Assembly (NCBI GenBank): GCA_964573135.1 | Contig: CAZNIO010000002.1 | Coordinates: forward strand, 2,535-66,534 | Origin: an uncultured Gammaproteobacteria bacterium | GTDB lineage: Bacteria > Patescibacteriota > Patescibacteriia > UBA2196 > GWA2-42-15 | Length of the DNA stretch: 64,000 bases | Direction of reading: 5' to 3' | In this document: positions 22,478 through 33,502 of the stretch, one piece after another | Position numbering within the stretch: the first letter of the stretch is position 1 | Layout of the letters: each line of letters opens with the position of its first letter | Position numbers and translations under genes: made by a program | The notes under the pieces: generated by a model | Told to the model about the DNA's origin: nothing | Seen by the model: the letters and a program-made list of their open reading frames with translations, nothing else | Databases searched by the model: none

Positions 22478-22711
22478 AAAATATCGTTCGCTCCACTCCG
22501 CTACCGCTACGTTACACTCCTCAATTTTTGACAACGCCGACGAATAGGCTTGGGCCTTCTAAGAGCTCACGATTCAACGGATAAGCGGCTCGCAACGACC
22601 CTACTGGCTTCCCTGCTCGGCCCAAGCCTAACTCAGTCCTTTCCTTAGTCTGAAAGCCTTCGGCTTTCACCCTGCGGAAAATCCTTCGTTAGGCTTCGCC
22701 TACCCATCCCA
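22472..22711 (+). repeat. ORF-less cassette, copy 2 (10-bp deletion in its inverse core; diverged 3' end)
   Basis: Direct repeat of 21585-21835. Confidence 0.9.
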
Positions 22712-22772
22712 TTAGCTTAAATTACCCAAAACCATTTTAATCTTTTCTATTTAATTATAATTTTTCATAAAA

Positions 22773-23417
22773 ATGAACAAAAAACAAATCATAAATCAAA
22801 CGGCTAAGCACGTCAAAATGAAACTAACCGGCGAAGGTTCTGGTCATGACTGGTGGCATGTTTATCGTGTCTGGAAAAATGCTGTCCATATTGGTAAACA
22901 TGAGAATGCAGATTTATTTGTTGTTGAACTTGCCGCCCTGCTTCACGATATCGCTGACTGGAAATTTCATAGTAATGCAGGTCCAAAATTGGCTCGCGAG
23001 TGGTTAAAAAAATTATCTGTTGATGAAAACGTAATTTCTCATGTTTGCCAAATCGTTCGAGACGCTTCATTCAAGGGCGCTAGCGTCATGACCAGAATAA
23101 AAACCAAGGAGGGTATGGTTGTTCAAGATGCCGATCGTTTAGACGCAATTGGCGCAATTGGAATCGGTAGAACCTTCGCCTACGGTGGCAGTCAAGGTCG
23201 CGAGATGTATAATCCCAATATTAAAACTAAAAAATATAAATCGCCTGATCAGTTTAAAAACAGCAGGAGTCCCACAATAAATCATTTTTATGAAAAATTA
23301 CTACTCTTGAAAGAATTAATGAATACCACGACTGCAAAAAAAATTGCCAGGAAACGACATAAATTTATGGGGAAGTTTCTAGACAAATTCTTTCAAGAGT
23401 GGGAAGGTAAAGATTAA
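22773..23417 (+). CDS. HD-domain phosphohydrolase (YedJ/YpgQ-like), cassette gene
   Basis: GHDWWHVYRV, ALLHDIAD, VQDADRLDAIGAIG, HFYEKLL. Confidence 0.92.
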   Translation: MNKKQIINQTAKHVKMKLTGEGSGHDWWHVYRVWKNAVHIGKHENADLFVVELAALLHDIADWKFHSNAGPKLAREWLKKLSVDENVISHVCQIVRDASFKGASVMTRIKTKEGMVVQDADRLDAIGAIGIGRTFAYGGSQGREMYNPNIKTKKYKSPDQFKNSRSPTINHFYEKLLLLKELMNTTTAKKIARKRHKFMGKFLDKFFQEWEGKD

Positions 23418-23499
23418 AATGGTTTTGGACAACTCAAGCCACGCTGCGCTCTCACCAGCCCTTTTATTTTTTTAACAATAATGATGGCGGGCTCAGGTC

Positions 23500-23598
23500 A
23501 GCTAACACCGAGTATACGGTTCAGGCCTCAGCTCGGCCTTCACCCATATTTGCCTCCGCTACGCTATAACAAGCATCGTATACACGCATACATTATTC
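23500..23598 (+). other. attC-like site 4
   Basis: AGCTAAC, GTATACG...CGTATAC, ATTATTC; shares GGCCTCAGCTCGGC with site 2. Confidence 0.7.
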
Positions 23599-23624
23599 GA
23601 AATTTATTTTAAAAATTATTTTTT

Positions 23625-24011
23625 ATGAGAAAAGACATAGTCGCATTAATACTTGAAAAAGACGGATTATTTTTAATAGAAGAAAGGAAGAGTACAAATA
23701 CGTTAGATCCTGATAAGTTTGTATTTCCTGGCGGGCATCTTCATGTAGATGAAAAACTAGAGGATGCTATTAAACGTAAAACGTTTGAAGAATTACACAT
23801 TAAACTGATTAATTTCAAATTAGTATATGTGAAAAATTTTGACGGACCAGAAGAAAAACAAAAGCTTCACTGGTATTGGTGCGATAATTTTACTGGTAAA
23901 ATACAAAATAATGAAGCTGAACAATTAATTTGGATAAATGCAACTGAAATAGAAAGACTATCCTACCAAGTTAGCAAAGACGCATTCAAGGCCATGCTAA
24001 ACCAAAAATAA
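23625..24011 (+). CDS. NUDIX hydrolase, cassette gene (degenerate Nudix box)
   Basis: FPGGHLHVDEKLEDAIKRKTFEELHI; K replaces the conserved E of RE. Confidence 0.8.
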   Translation: MRKDIVALILEKDGLFLIEERKSTNTLDPDKFVFPGGHLHVDEKLEDAIKRKTFEELHIKLINFKLVYVKNFDGPEEKQKLHWYWCDNFTGKIQNNEAEQLIWINATEIERLSYQVSKDAFKAMLNQK

Positions 24012-24100
24012 CTTTTAAAATAAACATCGCCCAACAACGCGATAAGCGACTCCAGAAATTTACATTAATTTATATTTTTTATTCTTTAAACTAAAAACAT

Positions 24101-24379
24101 ATGATCAATTTAAAACGAAAAATTCCTACAAAAGTTTGGATCCCCCTCTTCGCATTCATTCTCTTGCTACCAATTATTATTGCCACTATTACAGTAGTAT
24201 TACATTGTCAAAATACTGAATTACCATTTTGGGGAGATGAACATTCAGTTGAAACTGGATACTTTATACTTTTCGCAATTACAACATACTATCTTTTCTA
24301 TATAGTCGCTCCCATACTTGTCATCTATTTTCTAATCTGGTCAATAAAATTTTGGAGAAATAAAAAGAACTCTGAATAA
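24101..24379 (+). CDS. Hypothetical two-TM membrane protein, cassette gene
   Basis: Two hydrophobic helices; follows a truncated attC-like site at 24029-24060. Confidence 0.65.
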   Translation: MINLKRKIPTKVWIPLFAFILLLPIIIATITVVLHCQNTELPFWGDEHSVETGYFILFAITTYYLFYIVAPILVIYFLIWSIKFWRNKKNSE

Positions 24380-24529
24380 TATTGAAAATCACAAATTTGT
24401 TCTTGTCTGCTCCATCCAAATCCTGCTACTAGCATCAATATTTAATTCATTTAAACATCCGCATTCTGAATTCAACGAATGTGTCATTCGACACGGCTAG
24501 ACTTCAAACATACGGATCCGTTATTCGAA

Positions 24530-24886
24530 ATGGCCACAAATTATTATGAAAAACAAATCAATAAATTTACTGACCAATGGTCTCCCAAAATCATCACCCA
24601 AATAAACAACAATCATTTTAAATTAGCGAGAGTCGAATGAAACTTTAAGTGGCATGATCACAAAAACACCGATGAAGTATTCATGGTATTAGAGGGCCAA
24701 TTACGAATTGATTATCGAGACAGCAGTATTATTTTGAATAAAGGTGAGCTACCTGTGGTAAAAAAAGGAATTGAACATAAACCTTTCGCCACCAAAAAGT
24801 GCAAAATTTTACTTATAGAGCCAGCTGGAACAGTAAATACTGGCGATGTAGGTGGAGACCAAATAGCTCAAAATGAATGGATTTAA
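24530..24886 (+). pseudogene. Cupin-domain cassette gene with an in-frame TGA
   Basis: FTDQWSPKII...FKLARVE*NFKWHDHKNTDEVFMVLEG...GIEHKP; TGA at 24638. Confidence 0.8.
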
Positions 24887-25044
24887 TAATTTGTGAATTA
24901 TACTCAATAACACCCGACATTAAAACAACCGAATCATCAATAAATATTCTAACACCACTGCCACTCCTAAAACAAACTCTTTAATCCACTTGCCAAACCC
25001 ACACAAATACTTTAAATTAAAGATAGAGGACATTAGCCAGTTAT

Positions 25045-25968
25045 ATGCAAGAAATATTACTCTCCAACCTACCCAAAGCCCATGGCCAAGTAAAAGGCTG
25101 CTGGTTTAAGGGCTACCCCATACACAAAGGCTTCACTCAAGCCAGTCTTAACTATGCCACAATCTATGCCAATCAAAAAAAAATACTCCCCAAACAAAGT
25201 GCCCTTAAAAAAGATTTTGAATTTTTTAAAAAAACTCTACGCTCAGCTGGTTTTAAAATCCATTCTGTCCCCTTTCCCAACGAGCTAAATCAAATAGATA
25301 ATTTACGCCATGATGCCATTTTTATTAGAGACGTGGGTTTTATGTATAAAAATCTATGGATAAAATCTAACTTTAGCTGCCGTCATCGCCAGCCAGAAGC
25401 AGATGCCTATGCCCCCATCATTGCTAAAAAATTTAAAAAAAGAATAATCAACCTACCCAAAGGAGCCTACCTGGAATTTGGAGACACTCTCTATGCAAAA
25501 ACCAAGAGTGGTGTTTTTTATTTCGGTGGACTTTCAAGGTCTAATAAAAAAGGACATGACTTTGTCAAAAAAATAATAAAACCAGATTTCTATTGCCTTA
25601 TAAAATCAGAAGGTTATCACCTTGATACAATTTTTGCCCCAATTATAAACAAAGATAATCAGCTCGTCGCATTTATTGTCAACAAGAAACGCTTTAATAC
25701 CAAGTGTTTAGATAAAATAAAAAAACTGGGGATTCCAATAATTAATATAAAACCAATCGACTCCTCAGGCATTCCAGGCAAACTTGGTAATTATGCCATC
25801 AACGCCCTCGTCGCCCCAGGAATTATGGTCAGCTGTCACAAATTTGAAACTCTAGGAGTAGAAAAAAAATTAAAAGAACTGGGTATTAAACACCATGTCA
25901 CCCCTCTCACATATTTCAGATTTGCAGGAGGGTCTTGCCACTGTCTGGCCAATGAAATTAACAAATAA
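25045..25968 (+). CDS. Amidinotransferase / arginine deiminase-family protein
   Basis: DAIFIRD, RQPE, LEFGD, YHLDT, C-terminal GGSCHC. Confidence 0.85.
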   Translation: MQEILLSNLPKAHGQVKGCWFKGYPIHKGFTQASLNYATIYANQKKILPKQSALKKDFEFFKKTLRSAGFKIHSVPFPNELNQIDNLRHDAIFIRDVGFMYKNLWIKSNFSCRHRQPEADAYAPIIAKKFKKRIINLPKGAYLEFGDTLYAKTKSGVFYFGGLSRSNKKGHDFVKKIIKPDFYCLIKSEGYHLDTIFAPIINKDNQLVAFIVNKKRFNTKCLDKIKKLGIPIINIKPIDSSGIPGKLGNYAINALVAPGIMVSCHKFETLGVEKKLKELGIKHHVTPLTYFRFAGGSCHCLANEINK

Positions 25969-25978
25969 TTAATATAAT

Positions 25979-26011
25979 CAAAAATCCGGGAATCAAGATT
26001 CCCGGATTTTT
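25979..26011. terminator. Bidirectional terminator
   Basis: AAAATCCGGGAATC-AA-GATTCCCGGATTTT. Confidence 0.8.
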
Positions 26012-26029
26012 AAATTACTTTAAAACAGC

Positions 26030-29000
26030 TTATTTACTCTCTGTCTTCTTCTCTTCGCCTTCCTTTTTAAAGCCAGTTCCACTTGGAATAAGCCGACCAA
26101 TAATTACATTCTCCTTAAGTCCGCGCAAATGATCAATTTTGCCAGTCACAGCTGCATCAATTAATACCCTGGTTGTTTCCTGGAAAGACGCTGCTGACAA
26201 GAATGATTGGGTAGATAAAGATGATTTAGTAATACCCAATAAGACTGGTAGGCCATATGCTCCTTGCTTACCCTCATTTTTTGCCTTAAGATTTTCCTCA
26301 ATTAAATCGTTCCGATCAACGATCTCTCCTGGTGATAGCATTGTATCCCCGGAAAACTCAATCATAAGCTTTGAAAACATCTGTTTAACTATAATCTCAA
26401 TATGTTTATTATTCAAAGGTTGCCCTTGTGAAGAATAGACATATTGTATTTCTTGTATAACATACTCCTGTACAGCTTTTTGATCCTTCAGCTTATAAAG
26501 TTCTCCCAAATTAACTGATCCTTCAATTAATTGATCTCCTTTAGCAATCAAGTCCCCATTCTTTACCCAAACCTCTCTACCTCTTGGCACAACAGTCTCA
26601 ATTTCCGCATCTTTTTCATTAGTAACCACAATCACCTTTAAATCATCATCTATCTTCTCTACTTTTATCTTACCGTCTTGCGGAGATTTTATCTTTCTTG
26701 GTTTTTCCATTAAAAATTCACCCTTCTTTACCGAAGATCCTTCCTTTTTAAGTAAATTCTTTATATCCTTGCTTCTTATATAAATCTTTTCTTTCTTTAC
26801 TTCTTTACCAATAATTTTAAGTGTTTTCTCGCGTGTTTCCTCATCATAGCTAATCTGAATCTGCCCATCAATTGGCGCAATAAAAGCTGCTTTTTTAACT
26901 GGCCTAGATTCAAAAATCTCTTCAACCCTTGGTAAACCCTGAGTAATATCCCCGCCACCAGCTACACCACCTGTATGAAATGTTCTCATTGTCAGCTGTG
27001 TACCAGGCTCACCAATACTTTGTGCTGCTATAATACCAACGGCAACTCCTAATTTTACAAGGTCATTCCGTCCTAAATCCCAACCATAACACTTAGCACA
27101 CAAACCTCGCTTAGATAAACAAGTAAATATAGAACGAATATTGACCTGGTCAATACTCTTGTCTTTATCAATTTCTCGAGCCTCTTTGTGCCCAATAACT
27201 TCTCCTTTTTTAACTACTACTCTACCACGCTTGGTTTTAACAGCAGATAATACAACTCTGCCTTTAATTCTTTTAATAAAATCTCTTAAACCCTCACGGA
27301 ACACAACAACACCTTCCTTATCACCACAGTCCTCTTCGCTCACAATCACGTCCTGAGCCACATCAATCAAACGCCTAGTCAAATATCCAGCGTTAGCCGT
27401 TCTAAGAGCCGTATCTGATAATCCTTTCCTAGCACCATGAGTTGTAATAAAATACTCAAGCACATCCATGCCTTCTTTTAAAGATGCTTTAACTGGCAAC
27501 TCAATGGTTTCACCATTTGGGTTAGCCATCAGTCCTCTCATGCCCATCATTTGAGTAGTCTGACCCCAAGAACCACGTGCACCTGAATTCATCATTGAAA
27601 ATACAGCGCCATCTTTGGGTAATTTATCCTTACATAAATCGACAATCTTATCCTTGGCTCCTGCCCAAATTTCAATTATTTTACTATGTCGCTCATCATT
27701 GGTTAAAAATCCCTGACCGTACTGATCTTCCACTTCTTCAGCACTGGCTTCGGCCTCTTCAAAAACACTATGCTTCTCTGGCAAAGGGGGCAAATCAGCC
27801 ATACCCCAAGAAATGCCTGAGCGAGTGACATAAATCATTGATAATGATTTAATATCATTTAAAAATTGGACTGTTCTCTCTCTGCCATAAACTTCCATCA
27901 CCTCTTGAGCCAAAGATTTTAAACGACCCTTATCCACTAATTCATTTACAAAATTAATTTTCTCAGGAATAACCTCATTAAACACAATACGACCCATACT
28001 TGTATCGATAATCTTGCCATTAATCCTCACTTTAACCTTTTCTCGTAAATCAACCAAATCATTATCAAACACCTGCCTAGCTTCTTCAGTTGAAGAAAAC
28101 AGCCTTGTTTCTTCGTCCGCCTTTTCAAGAGCTATAAAAGTAAGGAAATAGCAACCTAACACAAAATCCTGTGCAGGTGTTACTGATGGATCTCCAGTTG
28201 CTGGTTTTAAAATATTTTTACTTGAAAGCATTATTTCAGCAGCTTCCTTGCGTGCCTGCTTGGTCAAAGGTACGTGTACAGCCATCTGGTCTCCATCAAA
28301 GTCAGCATTAAAAGGTGGGCACACCAAAGGATGCAATTGAATTGCCTTGCCTTCAATTAATATTGGTTTAAAAGCTTGAATACCCAAACGATGCAAGGTT
28401 GGAGCCCTATTTAGATAAACATATGAATCTTTAGTAATTTTCTCTAAAATATCCCACACCTCACCACGATCAGCCTCAATAAAACGATTAGCCGATCTCA
28501 CATTGTGGACATATTCTTTTTTAATAAGCTCTGCAATAATAAAGGGCTTAAATAACTCAAGGGCCATTCTCTTCGGTATACCACATTCATCAAATTTTAA
28601 GTGTGGACCGACTACAATTACACTTCTCCCAGAATAGTCAACTCTTTTACCGAGTAAATTCTGCCTAAACCTGCCTTGCTTACCTTTCAAAATGTCGGCC
28701 AAAGACTTAAGCATTCTTTTTTGCCCAGTTGAAGCTGTAACTGTTTTACCATGCCTGGCTGAATTATCAATCAGGGCATCAACCGCTTCCTGTAACATTC
28801 TCTTTTCATTACGACAAATAACTTCAGGAGCATTTAAATCAATCAATTTACGCAAACGATTATTTCTATTAATAACTCGTCTATATAAATCATTCAAATC
28901 AGATGTAGCAAAACGCCCACCGTCCAATTGCACCATTGGTCGCAAATCTGGTGGAATAACAGGAACAGTATCAAGGATCATCCACTCTGGTCTAATACTA

Positions 29001-29878
29001 TTTTTCTTCAAACTTTTTATAACCTTCAACCTCTTAATTAACTTGCGATAGCCACCACCGACAGTCTTTGTCATAGCAATTTCAATCTTCTTTATTTCTT
29101 CATCTAAATTAATATTTGAAAGTACATTACGGATGCTCTCTGCCCCAATACCCACCTCAAAAATATGGCCATATTTAAGTGACCAATCCTGATAAATACT
29201 TTCGGGAATAACTTTTAATTTTTTAATCTCACCCAATTCTTTCTTGGCTGTATCAAAGGCTTGAGTTAACTCTTTAAGCTCTTTTTCCTTGCCTTCATCT
29301 GCTTTTTTAATATCACTTTCTTTGCCTTTTTCATTTTTGTCCTTAACCTGTTTTACCCTATTAGCAAAATCTCCTTCAATTCTTTTTTTCTTCTGCTTAT
29401 ACTCATCTTTAATCTGCTCCAAAGTCTGCTCTTTTAATTCTTCATCTACATTTAATATTAAATAATCAGCAAAATAAATTACCTTTTCCAGCAATTGTGC
29501 TGAAATATCTAAAACCAAACCCAATTTGGAAGGGATACCGCGCAAAAACCAAATGTGTGAAACCGGCACAACTAAATCAATGTGGCCCATTCTTTCACGT
29601 CTAACCAAGGATCGAGTTACTTCAACTCCACACTTATCACAAATTATTCCCTTATACCTAACTCTTTTATACTTACCGCAATAACATTCCCAGTCTTTAG
29701 TCGGACCAAAAATCTTTTCGCAAAACAGCCCGTCTTTCTCAGGTTTTTGTGTTCTGTAGTTTATGGTTTCTGGCTTTAGTACTTCGCCATGTGACCACGC
29801 ATGCATAACATCAGGTGAAGCAACCTTCAATCTAATGCTATCAAACTCGAGTGTTGGTTTTTGAAACTCATTTTGCAT
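26030..29878 (-). CDS. rpoC: RNA polymerase beta' subunit
   Basis: NADFDGD, GKRVDYSGRSVI, GEPGTQLTMRTFH. Confidence 0.99.
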   Translation of the reverse strand: MQNEFQKPTLEFDSIRLKVASPDVMHAWSHGEVLKPETINYRTQKPEKDGLFCEKIFGPTKDWECYCGKYKRVRYKGIICDKCGVEVTRSLVRRERMGHIDLVVPVSHIWFLRGIPSKLGLVLDISAQLLEKVIYFADYLILNVDEELKEQTLEQIKDEYKQKKKRIEGDFANRVKQVKDKNEKGKESDIKKADEGKEKELKELTQAFDTAKKELGEIKKLKVIPESIYQDWSLKYGHIFEVGIGAESIRNVLSNINLDEEIKKIEIAMTKTVGGGYRKLIKRLKVIKSLKKNSIRPEWMILDTVPVIPPDLRPMVQLDGGRFATSDLNDLYRRVINRNNRLRKLIDLNAPEVICRNEKRMLQEAVDALIDNSARHGKTVTASTGQKRMLKSLADILKGKQGRFRQNLLGKRVDYSGRSVIVVGPHLKFDECGIPKRMALELFKPFIIAELIKKEYVHNVRSANRFIEADRGEVWDILEKITKDSYVYLNRAPTLHRLGIQAFKPILIEGKAIQLHPLVCPPFNADFDGDQMAVHVPLTKQARKEAAEIMLSSKNILKPATGDPSVTPAQDFVLGCYFLTFIALEKADEETRLFSSTEEARQVFDNDLVDLREKVKVRINGKIIDTSMGRIVFNEVIPEKINFVNELVDKGRLKSLAQEVMEVYGRERTVQFLNDIKSLSMIYVTRSGISWGMADLPPLPEKHSVFEEAEASAEEVEDQYGQGFLTNDERHSKIIEIWAGAKDKIVDLCKDKLPKDGAVFSMMNSGARGSWGQTTQMMGMRGLMANPNGETIELPVKASLKEGMDVLEYFITTHGARKGLSDTALRTANAGYLTRRLIDVAQDVIVSEEDCGDKEGVVVFREGLRDFIKRIKGRVVLSAVKTKRGRVVVKKGEVIGHKEAREIDKDKSIDQVNIRSIFTCLSKRGLCAKCYGWDLGRNDLVKLGVAVGIIAAQSIGEPGTQLTMRTFHTGGVAGGGDITQGLPRVEEIFESRPVKKAAFIAPIDGQIQISYDEETREKTLKIIGKEVKKEKIYIRSKDIKNLLKKEGSSVKKGEFLMEKPRKIKSPQDGKIKVEKIDDDLKVIVVTNEKDAEIETVVPRGREVWVKNGDLIAKGDQLIEGSVNLGELYKLKDQKAVQEYVIQEIQYVYSSQGQPLNNKHIEIIVKQMFSKLMIEFSGDTMLSPGEIVDRNDLIEENLKAKNEGKQGAYGLPVLLGITKSSLSTQSFLSAASFQETTRVLIDAAVTGKIDHLRGLKENVIIGRLIPSGTGFKKEGEEKKTESK

Positions 29879-29918
29879 AAATATTTTTTAAAATTATTTC
29901 TCCTCTTTTTTAACTTCT

Positions 29919-32900
29919 TTATCTGTCTCTTCTCCTTTTAGGTTCTTGAACTGTTTCTTCTGCCTCTTTCTCATCTCGTCTTTCCTGCATTTCTTCATCC
30001 TCATCCTGATCAACCAATTTGCCATCTCGTAAAAGCTCAACATCTAAACACAAACTCTTTAATTCCCGTACCAGCACATTAAAAGATTCTGGAATATTTA
30101 ACCTAGTTATAGGTTCCCCTTTAATAATAGATTCATAGGCCTTAGATCTGCCAGGTACATCATCTGATTTAATAGTTAAAATTTCTTGTAAACTGTAAGC
30201 AGCTCCATAAGCCTCTAGTGCCCAAACTTCCATCTCGCCGAATCTCTGACCACCAAATTGTGCCTTACCACCCAACGGCTGTTGGGTTACTAAGGAGTAT
30301 GGGCCAATAGATCGCTGATGAATCTTATCTTCAACCATGTGCACTAACTTCAACATATAGATATATCCAACAGTCGTTGGCAAAGCGAAAAGATCACCAG
30401 ACCTTCCATCAACCAATTTCATCTTGCCTGTCTTATCAAATCCAAGTTCTTCAAGTTCTTCCTTAATTGTTTCCTCAGGTACACCATCCAGTGAAGGTGT
30501 CGCCACCTTAATGCCCCTCTCTTTAGCCACAAGCCCCAAATGAGTCTCTAAAATCTGACCCAAATTCATACGAGATGCAACACCCAAAGGGTTAAGCATT
30601 ATATCTACCGGACGCCCATCAGGCAGACAGGGTAAATCCTCGACTGATACAATACGCGAAATTACACCTTTATTACCATGCCGTCCAGCCATCTTATCTC
30701 CAACCTGAATCTTTCTCATATGAGCTACAGTCACTTGTACCTGCTTAATCACTCCAGCAGACAACTTATCTCCACTAACACGAGAAAAAATCTTTACATC
30801 AATTACTTTTCCATGCTCTCCATGTTCTAAATAAAGAGAGGTATCTCGAACTTCTTTAGCTTTTTCACCAAAAATAGCTCTAAGTAATCTCTCCTCTGCT
30901 GTTAATTCGGTTTCTCCTTTAGGAGTAATTTTTCCAACCAAAATATCACCTGATGATATTTCAGCTCCAATCCTTACAATTCCTTCTTCATCTAAGTCCT
31001 TTAACTTGTCTTCACCCACGTTAGGAATATCTCGAGTTACCACTTCAGGACCAAGCTTTGTTTCTCTTACATCAAGCATATAATCTTCAATATGAATTGA
31101 AGTATATTTATCGTTATGTACTAACTTTTCAGAAAGCAAAATAGCATCTTCATAATTTCCACCTTCCCAAGGCATAAAAGCTACCAGTAAATTTTGCCCC
31201 AAAGCCAATTCACCGCCATCACACGCGGAACCATCTGTTAGCACATCGCCCTTCTCTACTCTTTGACCCTTGTCTACTAATACTCTTTGGTTCAAGCAAG
31301 TCGAAGCATTTGATCTTTCAAATTTTGTTAAGTTATATGTGACTAGATCTCCATCGTCTTGGCTAATCTCAATCTTGTCAGATTGTACTGATATAATTTG
31401 CCCAGCCTGTTTGGCTAGCAATATCTGACCTGAATCAAGGGCTGCTCTTCTCTCATTGCCAGTTGCCACAACAGGAGCCTCTGGTTTAACGATTGGGACA
31501 GCTTGCCTTTGCATGTTAGTTCCCATAAGCGCTCTAACGGCATCATTGTGTTCCAAAAATGGAATCAAGGAAGTTGCCACAGAAATAATCTGACTTGGTG
31601 AAACATCCATATAGTCAATCTCCTCAACATGTCCCAAAACTGGTTCACCCTCTTTTCGAATAGCCGCTTTTTCCTCTTTAAAATATCCTTGGTCATCAAG
31701 TCGAGTAGTAGCTGCTGTAGTAATCTTCTTTTCCTCAGAAAATGCATCTAAATATTCAAGTTCTTTGGTTACTTGCATCTTACCATTCTCGTCTTTCATT
31801 ACTTTTCTGTATGGTGTTTCAATAAATCCAAAATTATTCACCTTGGCATATGAAGCCAAGTGTCCTACTAAGCCAATATTTGGACCCTCAGGTGTAGCAA
31901 TTGGACAAATCCTACCATAATGAGTTCTATGTACATCTCTTACTTCAAATCCAGCTCTTTCACGTGATAAGCCACCTGGCCCCATAGCAGAAATTCTTCT
32001 CTTATGCTCAAGCTCAGCTAAAGGATTGGTTTGATCCATGAACTGTGATAACTGCGAGGACATAAAAAACTCTTTAACTGCCCCCATAATTGGACGCGTA
32101 TTAACTAACTGTCCAGGAGTAACACCAGCTAAATCAATCGTACTCATCTTGTCAACCACCGCTCTCTCCATACGTGCCAATCCAAGTCTAAACCTATTTT
32201 GAATAAGCTCACCCACTGCTCGCACACGCCTATTCCCCAAATGGTCAATATCATCTGGTTCTTTCTGATTTATATTAAGTTTAATAATCTCCCGTAAAAT
32301 ATTGATCAAATCGCTCTTCTTCAAAACCCTATCATCCTTATCTAAAAGATGGTCTTCACCAAATCTTTGATTTAACTTATATCTTCCAACTTTACCAAAA
32401 TCATAACGATCAAAATTAAAAAACATTGAATGAATTAAAGATCTAGCATTTTCAGCTGTAGCCAAATCACCCGGTCTTATTCTTTTATATACCTCACGCA
32501 AACCATCCTCTTCGGTCTTAGCCATATCTTTCTCCAGCGTCATGTCTATGTACTTATAATCTGGCAAAGTATCTACGTCACTAAATAAATCTTTAATTTC
32601 ACTATCAATTGAATAGCCAAAAGCACGCAACAATGAAGTAATGGGCACTTTTCTTTTTCTATCAATCTTAACCGTGATTATTCCATTCTGTCCTGTCTCT
32701 ACTTCCAACCATGCCCCGCGGTTAGGAATAATCTTGGCTCCATAATATCTTTTCCCTGCAACATAATCTGAAGTAAAAAAAACACCAGCCGAACGAATCA
32801 ACTGGGAAACTACTACTCTTTCAATACCATTTATAATGAAAGTACCGCGATCTGTCATTAATGGAAAATCTGCTAAATATATTTCTTGCTCCTTGGCTTC

Positions 32901-33212
32901 ACCCGTTCTCTTATTAACAAGTTTTACCATAGCTCGAAGAGCTGCCTCATAGGTAGCATTTCTTTCTTTAGCTGTCACCTCATCAAATTTGGGTTCATCT
33001 AAACTATAATCAGTAAAATGTAATTCTAAATCACGACCAATAAAATCCTTTATTGGGTTGATTTCATCAAACAATTCTCGCAAACCTTCTTTTAAAAACC
33101 AATAATATGAATCAGTCTGCACTTCAATCAAATTAGGCAAATCTACCACCTCGTGTCTTTTGGTAAAATAGTACCTATCATCTTTCTTGTTGTAAGTAGC
33201 CGATTTAGACAT
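29919..33212 (-). CDS. rpoB: RNA polymerase beta subunit
   Basis: [38 protein letters not shown]. Confidence 0.99.
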   Translation of the reverse strand: MSKSATYNKKDDRYYFTKRHEVVDLPNLIEVQTDSYYWFLKEGLRELFDEINPIKDFIGRDLELHFTDYSLDEPKFDEVTAKERNATYEAALRAMVKLVNKRTGEAKEQEIYLADFPLMTDRGTFIINGIERVVVSQLIRSAGVFFTSDYVAGKRYYGAKIIPNRGAWLEVETGQNGIITVKIDRKRKVPITSLLRAFGYSIDSEIKDLFSDVDTLPDYKYIDMTLEKDMAKTEEDGLREVYKRIRPGDLATAENARSLIHSMFFNFDRYDFGKVGRYKLNQRFGEDHLLDKDDRVLKKSDLINILREIIKLNINQKEPDDIDHLGNRRVRAVGELIQNRFRLGLARMERAVVDKMSTIDLAGVTPGQLVNTRPIMGAVKEFFMSSQLSQFMDQTNPLAELEHKRRISAMGPGGLSRERAGFEVRDVHRTHYGRICPIATPEGPNIGLVGHLASYAKVNNFGFIETPYRKVMKDENGKMQVTKELEYLDAFSEEKKITTAATTRLDDQGYFKEEKAAIRKEGEPVLGHVEEIDYMDVSPSQIISVATSLIPFLEHNDAVRALMGTNMQRQAVPIVKPEAPVVATGNERRAALDSGQILLAKQAGQIISVQSDKIEISQDDGDLVTYNLTKFERSNASTCLNQRVLVDKGQRVEKGDVLTDGSACDGGELALGQNLLVAFMPWEGGNYEDAILLSEKLVHNDKYTSIHIEDYMLDVRETKLGPEVVTRDIPNVGEDKLKDLDEEGIVRIGAEISSGDILVGKITPKGETELTAEERLLRAIFGEKAKEVRDTSLYLEHGEHGKVIDVKIFSRVSGDKLSAGVIKQVQVTVAHMRKIQVGDKMAGRHGNKGVISRIVSVEDLPCLPDGRPVDIMLNPLGVASRMNLGQILETHLGLVAKERGIKVATPSLDGVPEETIKEELEELGFDKTGKMKLVDGRSGDLFALPTTVGYIYMLKLVHMVEDKIHQRSIGPYSLVTQQPLGGKAQFGGQRFGEMEVWALEAYGAAYSLQEILTIKSDDVPGRSKAYESIIKGEPITRLNIPESFNVLVRELKSLCLDVELLRDGKLVDQDEDEEMQERRDEKEAEETVQEPKRRRDR

Positions 33213-33502
33213 GAATTTTTTAGAGTATAATAAAAAATGAACACAAAATAACCCGGTTTTCTATTATTTCGTTCCAAAAAACCGGAAACTGTGCTAGTCT
33301 ATAATATATAAATTTGCTTTAACTGCCTCAAAATAAGCATTTTATGGTTATCTCTTAAAAAGGCAGATGTGGATAACTCTTTTTCCAATATTATTCGCTA
33401 ACCTTAGAAAAAAATACATCTTTAATACTAGGATAGCACTAAACTAAATATTTGTCAAATTTATCAATAGGGTGTATGCTTTAGTAAACTAGCCACTTTA
33501 GC

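Larger units (their letters stand above)
21584..24911 (+). mobile_element. Integron-like gene cassette array with no integrase nearby (CALIN-like), about 7 cassettes
   Basis: Co-oriented single genes separated by attC-like hairpins; cassette starts are complementary to their own downstream inverse core (TTGTCA/TGACAAC, TTAGCT/AGCTAAC, TTATT/AATAAC). Confidence 0.75.

Noticed and set aside
22360-22584. 74-aa ORF inside the array
   Set aside because: It spans attC hairpins and the non-coding repeat, and is not preserved as an ORF in copy 1.
21585-22711. IS or composite transposon around the DUF2000-like gene
   Set aside because: No transposase or target-site duplication; the boundaries coincide with attC-like cores.
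26030-33212. Short antisense ORFs in rpoBC (also in gyrA, pnp, recA, dnaN)
   Set aside because: Expected shadow ORFs of long conserved genes.
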